Shown here: positions 59,203 to 64,000 of the stretch, piece after piece
Layout of the letters: each line of letters begins with the position of its first letter
Numbering within the stretch: position 1 is the first letter of the stretch
Origin: Candidatus Poribacteria bacterium
GTDB taxonomy: Bacteria; Poribacteria; WGA-4E; PCPOR2b
DNA length: 64,000 bases
Assembly: GCA_965218095.1 (NCBI GenBank)
Contig: OZ244587.1
Span: 2,080,001 to 2,144,000, forward strand
Reading direction: 5' to 3'
Position numbers and translations under genes: made by a program
Notes under the pieces: generated by a model
Told to the model about the DNA's origin: nothing
The model's database searches: none
The model's input: the letters and a program-made list of their open reading frames with translations, nothing else

Positions 59203-61149
59203 TTACGCTTGCGTCGTTCTCCCTTTATCGCTACCCACTTCAGCTATGTGTTCATCATCCTGCTGATAATACCTCCCAAGGACCTCATTATCCAGACTCC
59301 GTCCTTCCTCAATCACCTGCGCTGCAAATTCTAGGTTGATTGTCGTGAGGTTCGCTTCCTGTGCTCGCTGCTCGACACGGGATTGCGTGATGTTCCGCAT
59401 AAATCCAGCCGGTACGAGATTCAGCCGTTCGCGGGCATCTGCCGTCCATTCAAACGGACTTTCAAATGTTTCTGCTTGGGAGGTATCGGCAGGTTCACGA
59501 GACTGTGCGACAGCTTTCAGTTCGGGCGCGTCTTCACGGACAGCGGAAGCCTCCTCCATACTCTCGTTAATAATCCGCATCGCAAACTCATTCGTGATGG
59601 TGTCGATTTTCTGGGTGCGTGCCGATTTCTCGATTCGCGCCTTGACATTACGTCGCATATAACCCCGCGGAACATTCCGCAACGCTTTCTTTGCCTGACC
59701 TGACCACTGGAGGCGTACACCATCGAAGGTCTGTTCCTCACTGACGCCGCCCTCCTGATCTGCAACCTTCTGGAGTGAGTCTTTATCAACCATCTGGAAG
59801 CGGTCACCGCCTGTGCCGCAGACAGGGCATTTCACAGGCTGTTGGTCGCGGGCGGCATACCCACAATCTCCACAGATGTAGGTTTTGACTGCATTGGACT
59901 CTAGTACTGTCTGTGTCGCAATCTCTTTGGCGACCTTGGTCATCCGTTCCGCGGAACGCCCCGGCATAAACGTCTCCATCGCTTGATCGATGACGCTTTC
60001 GGTGATCACGGAATGTCCACGTTCAATCGCAAAGCGGTGGACAGCGGTGCGTGCGATGCCCTGCACCTGCGGCGGTGCTTTCGCCATTCGATCCAATGCT
60101 TCCTGCGTCCAAACGACGGTCTCCTCTGCCTTGACATCAACTTTGGGAACATACCGGTGGCTCGACAGCAGCATGTTACACGGCGCGAGTCGCAATAAGT
60201 TTTCAGTGTTGCTGCCGATGTCCATATCGGGCTCGCTGTGGACGCCGATTCGCCCCAACACCAGCAGCCACGGTTCTGTTTTTCGGGTGTATTGCAAGAT
60301 CTTTTCAAACGCTTTGCCGTCCAGCAAGGTAATTTTGAGGTCGTAGTTGTGGTCTTCCTTGGCGATGGTCCGGGCAATCTCTAAATGGGATTGATAGATT
60401 TTGGCGAGCCCGGTGTCGATGACCTCCTCGTGCAACTGCTCCTGCTCTTTGAATCGGAAGGTTTTGGAGGCTCGCTCGGTTAAGACGCTGACAACCGAAT
60501 TAAATACCACATAGTGAAGATACGGATCATAGACACCAACCGCCTCAACCTGTCTATCAAATGCCTTGCCGATCCGGATCGCCGTTTTCAGTCCACCGAA
60601 GGATTCGGGGCTACCATCAATCCCGACGAGAATATGCCCCTGCTGTTCCACGATAGGCTCAGTATTTCTGACCACGAAGGTATCAGTTTGAATGCGCCGC
60701 GCAACCCGTTCAACGACGCCGCCAAGTAGGCTGTCCTTAACCACGCCCATGCCCAGGGCACCCATAATCACGAGGTCGTAATCGCTCGCCTGAATGTCCT
60801 CCACCAGCTTGATGAAGTGCTTGCCTTCGGGCATCTTCGCTTCAAAGGGAATCTCATTTTGAGCACATTTCTTCTTCATGACCTCCAGGTACGAATCGGA
60901 AATCAACTGAAGCCCCATCGTAATCAAGGTGTCATGAATGCGGCGCTGTTTCTCCAGTTCGGCTTCATCCTGATACTCTTCGGGGAGTGTGTACTCCATC
61001 TGCTTGAAGCGAACATCGTGCATCTTCGCCGCATAGACGTGGGAGCCGACGAGTTGCGACTGAAATTTTTTGGCGAACTCCACGGCGAAATCGACGCTCG
61101 CATCCGAATGTTCCGAGTTGTCAACAGGTACATAGATTTTCTTAAACAT
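59203..61149 (-). CDS. USP-USP-PCP_red-rubredoxin-PCP_red-PCP_red fusion protein
   Basis: Two USP domains; three W(T/S)..A...(R)...P helical domains like the BchB/ChlB C-terminus; CGDC..CPVC. Confidence 0.78.
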   Translation of the reverse strand: MFKKIYVPVDNSEHSDASVDFAVEFAKKFQSQLVGSHVYAAKMHDVRFKQMEYTLPEEYQDEAELEKQRRIHDTLITMGLQLISDSYLEVMKKKCAQNEIPFEAKMPEGKHFIKLVEDIQASDYDLVIMGALGMGVVKDSLLGGVVERVARRIQTDTFVVRNTEPIVEQQGHILVGIDGSPESFGGLKTAIRIGKAFDRQVEAVGVYDPYLHYVVFNSVVSVLTERASKTFRFKEQEQLHEEVIDTGLAKIYQSHLEIARTIAKEDHNYDLKITLLDGKAFEKILQYTRKTEPWLLVLGRIGVHSEPDMDIGSNTENLLRLAPCNMLLSSHRYVPKVDVKAEETVVWTQEALDRMAKAPPQVQGIARTAVHRFAIERGHSVITESVIDQAMETFMPGRSAERMTKVAKEIATQTVLESNAVKTYICGDCGYAARDQQPVKCPVCGTGGDRFQMVDKDSLQKVADQEGGVSEEQTFDGVRLQWSGQAKKALRNVPRGYMRRNVKARIEKSARTQKIDTITNEFAMRIINESMEEASAVREDAPELKAVAQSREPADTSQAETFESPFEWTADARERLNLVPAGFMRNITQSRVEQRAQEANLTTINLEFAAQVIEEGRSLDNEVLGRYYQQDDEHIAEVGSDKGRTTQA

Positions 61150-61194
61150 CGTTCCTCCTCCGATGTCAGTTTTCCATCGACGAATTATATCTTT

Positions 61195-61488
61195 TCAATC
61201 TTCGATTTTCAATCCTGATATTGCGTCGTGCTTTCTTTGCTGATGCTTACCCCAGTATCCGCCGAGGATGTGTCCTAAAATTGTTCCCATAAAAAGGTAG
61301 GGAATTGCAGTCCAATCCCAGTGTAGAATGAAACGGCGGGTGAGAATGTTAATGAGAATCGGGAGATAAATACATCGTCCCCAGGGGCGGGAAAATCTTC
61401 TGAAACGGATTCGGAAAAATCCGAAAGGAAGGTTGATGAGGAAAATAAGGCACGCAACACCTAGACGCGCCATGTTGAGGCTAAACAT
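61195..61488 (-). CDS. Small hypothetical membrane protein
   Basis: INLPFG..R..FS..W..I..PI hydrophobic pattern. Confidence 0.6.
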   Translation of the reverse strand: MFSLNMARLGVACLIFLINLPFGFFRIRFRRFSRPWGRCIYLPILINILTRRFILHWDWTAIPYLFMGTILGHILGGYWGKHQQRKHDAISGLKIED

Positions 61489-61518
61489 TTCGACCTGCTT
61501 GCTCCGAAGAAATCTCGA

Positions 61519-62181
61519 TTATTTCAGCAAGGTTCTTATATCCCGCCGAAGTTGCTGGAGATTGGCTTTACTTCGACTTTCATAGTAGCCGCGTACCTTT
61601 CCCTGTCGATCGACGAGGGCGAACCGCGTGCTATGGAGAATTTCGCCTCCCTGATATCCGGCTGCCAGACTGAAGCCATCGTGGGCAAGTTGATAAATCG
61701 CTGCTTTCTCCCCCGTCAAAAAAGACCACCGACTGTCATCCGCACCATAGCGATCGGCATAGCGCGAGAGCACCGCGGGCGTATCCCGTTCCGGATCGAC
61801 AGAGAAAGAGACGAAATAAACGTCCCCCGTCGCAAATTCCTCCTGAAGTCTCACCATTTCATCCGTCATCGGCGGACAAATTGTGGCGCAGCTTGTAAAA
61901 ATGAAATCGGCGACCCAAACTTTGCCGCGGAGATCTGTCAACGCAAGGGGACGACCATGCTGATCGGTCAGGGAAAAGTCCGGCAGTTGATGCTCAATCA
62001 TGAGCCGCGATAATGAACGCGCTGACTCGGAGGTTACACCGGACTTTTGATGAACCAATGACCGGATGTTAGCACCAAAGATACCAACAATCACGAGGGC
62101 TAACACACCCCAGAGGAATCCACGCAGCATACGTTCGTTGGGTCTGATGTCCTGCTCTGGAGATTTGACTTTGGCTTCCAT
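61519..62181 (-). CDS. SCO1/SenC copper chaperone
   Basis: FIFTSCATICP CxxxC, SVDPERDTP, HS..F.LVD. Confidence 0.92.
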   Translation of the reverse strand: MEAKVKSPEQDIRPNERMLRGFLWGVLALVIVGIFGANIRSLVHQKSGVTSESARSLSRLMIEHQLPDFSLTDQHGRPLALTDLRGKVWVADFIFTSCATICPPMTDEMVRLQEEFATGDVYFVSFSVDPERDTPAVLSRYADRYGADDSRWSFLTGEKAAIYQLAHDGFSLAAGYQGGEILHSTRFALVDRQGKVRGYYESRSKANLQQLRRDIRTLLK

Positions 62182-62225
62182 AGGCGTCGTAAAATGTGAA
62201 ACGTAAAATTTTCTCACGTTTCATG

Positions 62226-62564
62226 TTAATGCGCTGTGTCTACGGCTTGGGATTCAGCCTTGCCGGCTTCCGCTTCAGCATGGCGGGCATCTGCCAGTAG
62301 GTCTGGAAGCAGCATAAACACAAGAAAAATGCAGATGATAAACGGTGTCAGTGCAATGACTGTCAAGGTTTTCTGCTCGAATTTCAGGTGCATAAAATAG
62401 AGTGCGACATAAGCGGCTTTAGAACATGCCATACCGATAAGAAGAAGCACCGTCACAACCGTCGGCAAAGGCAGGTAGACGACGAGGACTTCAGCAATTG
62501 TGAGTACGAGCAGGATCCAAAATATCCTCATGTATTTCGGGTGTTCCTTTTCAGCGTGTTCCAT
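62226..62564 (-). CDS. Cytochrome c oxidase subunit IV family protein
   Basis: LT..EV, KA..V..YFMHLKFE. Confidence 0.88.
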   Translation of the reverse strand: MEHAEKEHPKYMRIFWILLVLTIAEVLVVYLPLPTVVTVLLLIGMACSKAAYVALYFMHLKFEQKTLTVIALTPFIICIFLVFMLLPDLLADARHAEAEAGKAESQAVDTAH

Positions 62565-62584
62565 ATTAATTCTCCATTTCGTGA

Positions 62585-63211
62585 TTACAGTAGATAGACA
62601 AAAGTAAAGACCATGATCCAGATAAGGTCAACGAAGTGCCAATAAAGCCCTAAGATTTCGACTTTGTGGTTATATTCCGCAGTGTACGTGCCTCGCATTC
62701 CCTGAATCAGGATAACAATGAGGTAAATCACGCCGCCGGTGACGTGGGCACCGTGGAAACCTGTGATCGCGTAGAAGGTCGGACCAAAAAGCTCGGAACC
62801 GGACACCCCATGCTTCAGCGATGTCAGGGTGAGACCGTGCTGGATTAAGTGCGTCCATTCATACGCCTGTAGCCCTAAGAAGATAAGCCCACCCAGAATC
62901 GTCAAGCCGAGATAGGTGCACATTCTTGATTGGTTACCATTCTGAATGGATTCGAGGGCTTTGACCATCGTGACACTACTACAGATTAGCAGGAATGTCA
63001 TAAATGCTGTGAGGTTAATGCCGAGGACTTCCGATGGAGGTGCCCATTCTGCTGCGCCGGCGCGCACGGCACCGTAGGCGGCGAGCAAAGCCCCAAATGA
63101 CATTGCATCGCTAATAAGAAAAAGCCACATCCCCAGCTTGCCCAAGCTGTCGGGCGTGAGGGAAGGCTCATAAGTATCGACAGAATGATCGAGTGTCGCA
63201 GTTTCTTCCAA
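62585..63211 (-). CDS. Cytochrome c oxidase subunit III
   Basis: GMWLFLISD, TGFHGAHV, LYWHFVD.IW; TTG start. Confidence 0.92.
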   Translation of the reverse strand: MEETATLDHSVDTYEPSLTPDSLGKLGMWLFLISDAMSFGALLAAYGAVRAGAAEWAPPSEVLGINLTAFMTFLLICSSVTMVKALESIQNGNQSRMCTYLGLTILGGLIFLGLQAYEWTHLIQHGLTLTSLKHGVSGSELFGPTFYAITGFHGAHVTGGVIYLIVILIQGMRGTYTAEYNHKVEILGLYWHFVDLIWIMVFTFVYLL

Positions 63212-63214
63212 TTT

Positions 63215-63469
63215 TCACACTCCTTTCACATTTGAAGATGGTTTATGATTATCGCCCCGATTTGTGCGATTGCATATGTAGAATACGCCACCGCCAATCA
63301 GACCGGAAACAAGATAGGGCATCGCCATAAGAAATAGAATGCTCCACTTGAAACCTTGGGCAATTGGGTCATCAACCAGTTTGCATGAGGGACAGGCTTC
63401 CACAACTGTTGGCATTAGCAGTGCAAAGACCAGAATCCCTATTATTAGTGGAAAGTATTGACGAATCAT
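63215..63469 (-). CDS. Small membrane protein with ACPSC motif (cox-operon associated)
   Basis: Signal/TM, CxxC, SILFLMAMPY TM; RBS AAGGAG. Confidence 0.65.
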   Translation of the reverse strand: MIRQYFPLIIGILVFALLMPTVVEACPSCKLVDDPIAQGFKWSILFLMAMPYLVSGLIGGGVFYICNRTNRGDNHKPSSNVKGV

Positions 63470-63780
63470 AAGAAATCTCCTTATTCACGAAATGAAGATG
63501 GCAATCTCAGGCTTATAGCCAGGTGAAGACATAAATAAAGGTGCGCCATTGCTCGATTGGGAAATGGTCTGAATCGCGGATTGGCACCGATTATTGGATG
63601 TCGCCGATTTTTTATCCGCAGGTTCAATCGGATTCGACGTAAGACCTCAGCGAGTTTGGTCGAGCCGCTCTGCCGAACGGTTCTTAATCCGTGTCTTCCG
63701 CGTCATCGGTTTCATCGGTGATTCAGACAAGCAAGCAGTCCACTCGAGCTCCCTCCCACACAATTATGAACCATCCTGAG

Positions 63781-64000
63781 TTAGATTAAGTACACAAGTA
63801 CATAAAGAATGGGCCACAACACCACAACAAACGCCCAGTAAATTGCGCAGACCTCAACGCCAACATGGTGATTGACCGAAAACCGCCCGGCTATCGCCCT
63901 AGCCAAGACAGCTAACAACCAAAAGACTGCCACCAGGACGTGCAAGGCATGGCAACCGATGAGGACATAGAAGATTGAGCCGTATACCCCCGACGAAAGC
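63781..64000 (-). CDS. Second cytochrome c oxidase subunit III-like protein (3' part only)
   Basis: Manual translation: ..YGSIFYVLIGCHALHV..YWAFVVVLWPILYVLVYLI*; runs off the window end. Confidence 0.85.
   Translation of the reverse strand, partial: LSSGVYGSIFYVLIGCHALHVLVAVFWLLAVLARAIAGRFSVNHHVGVEVCAIYWAFVVVLWPILYVLVYLI

Noticed and set aside
1-64000. Numerous short antisense and overlapping ORFs; tRNA/rRNA genes
   Set aside because: The short ORFs are shadows of well-supported genes; no tRNA or rRNA signatures were recognised.

Overview
Bacterial chromosomal window of moderate GC. The gene content (several PhyH and Gfo/Idh/MocA paralogues, a PQQ-repeat protein, an ECF sigma factor with a long C-terminal extension) is reminiscent of Candidatus Poribacteria, but that is inference only. 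Housekeeping genes are nfeD-nfeD-floA-floA, acs, rpsA, metK-ahcY, tmk-holB, metG, an addB-like gene, queG and the end of a cytochrome c oxidase operon. They are interspersed with pseudogenes, one complete IS, MITE-like elements and many REP-like palindromes. The standout is a ~2.2-kb module between ahcY and a pfkB kinase gene. It holds a 3-repeat/2-spacer CRISPR array (37-bp repeats), a segment with a partial anti-repeat, a recognisable omegaRNA (HEARO-like) scaffold, and a 513-aa IscB. The IscB has a zinc-finger insertion after the bridge helix and His->Gln at RuvC-III. No cas or tnpA gene was seen in the window. Secondary highlights: an HPr gene split by a 206-bp MITE with a 5-bp target duplication, a nuclease gene enclosed by an inverted REP pair, in-frame palindromic inserts in addB, and a USP-USP-(PCP_red)x3-rubredoxin fusion downstream of the oxidase genes. 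All assignments come from motif recognition by eye; no database searches were run.
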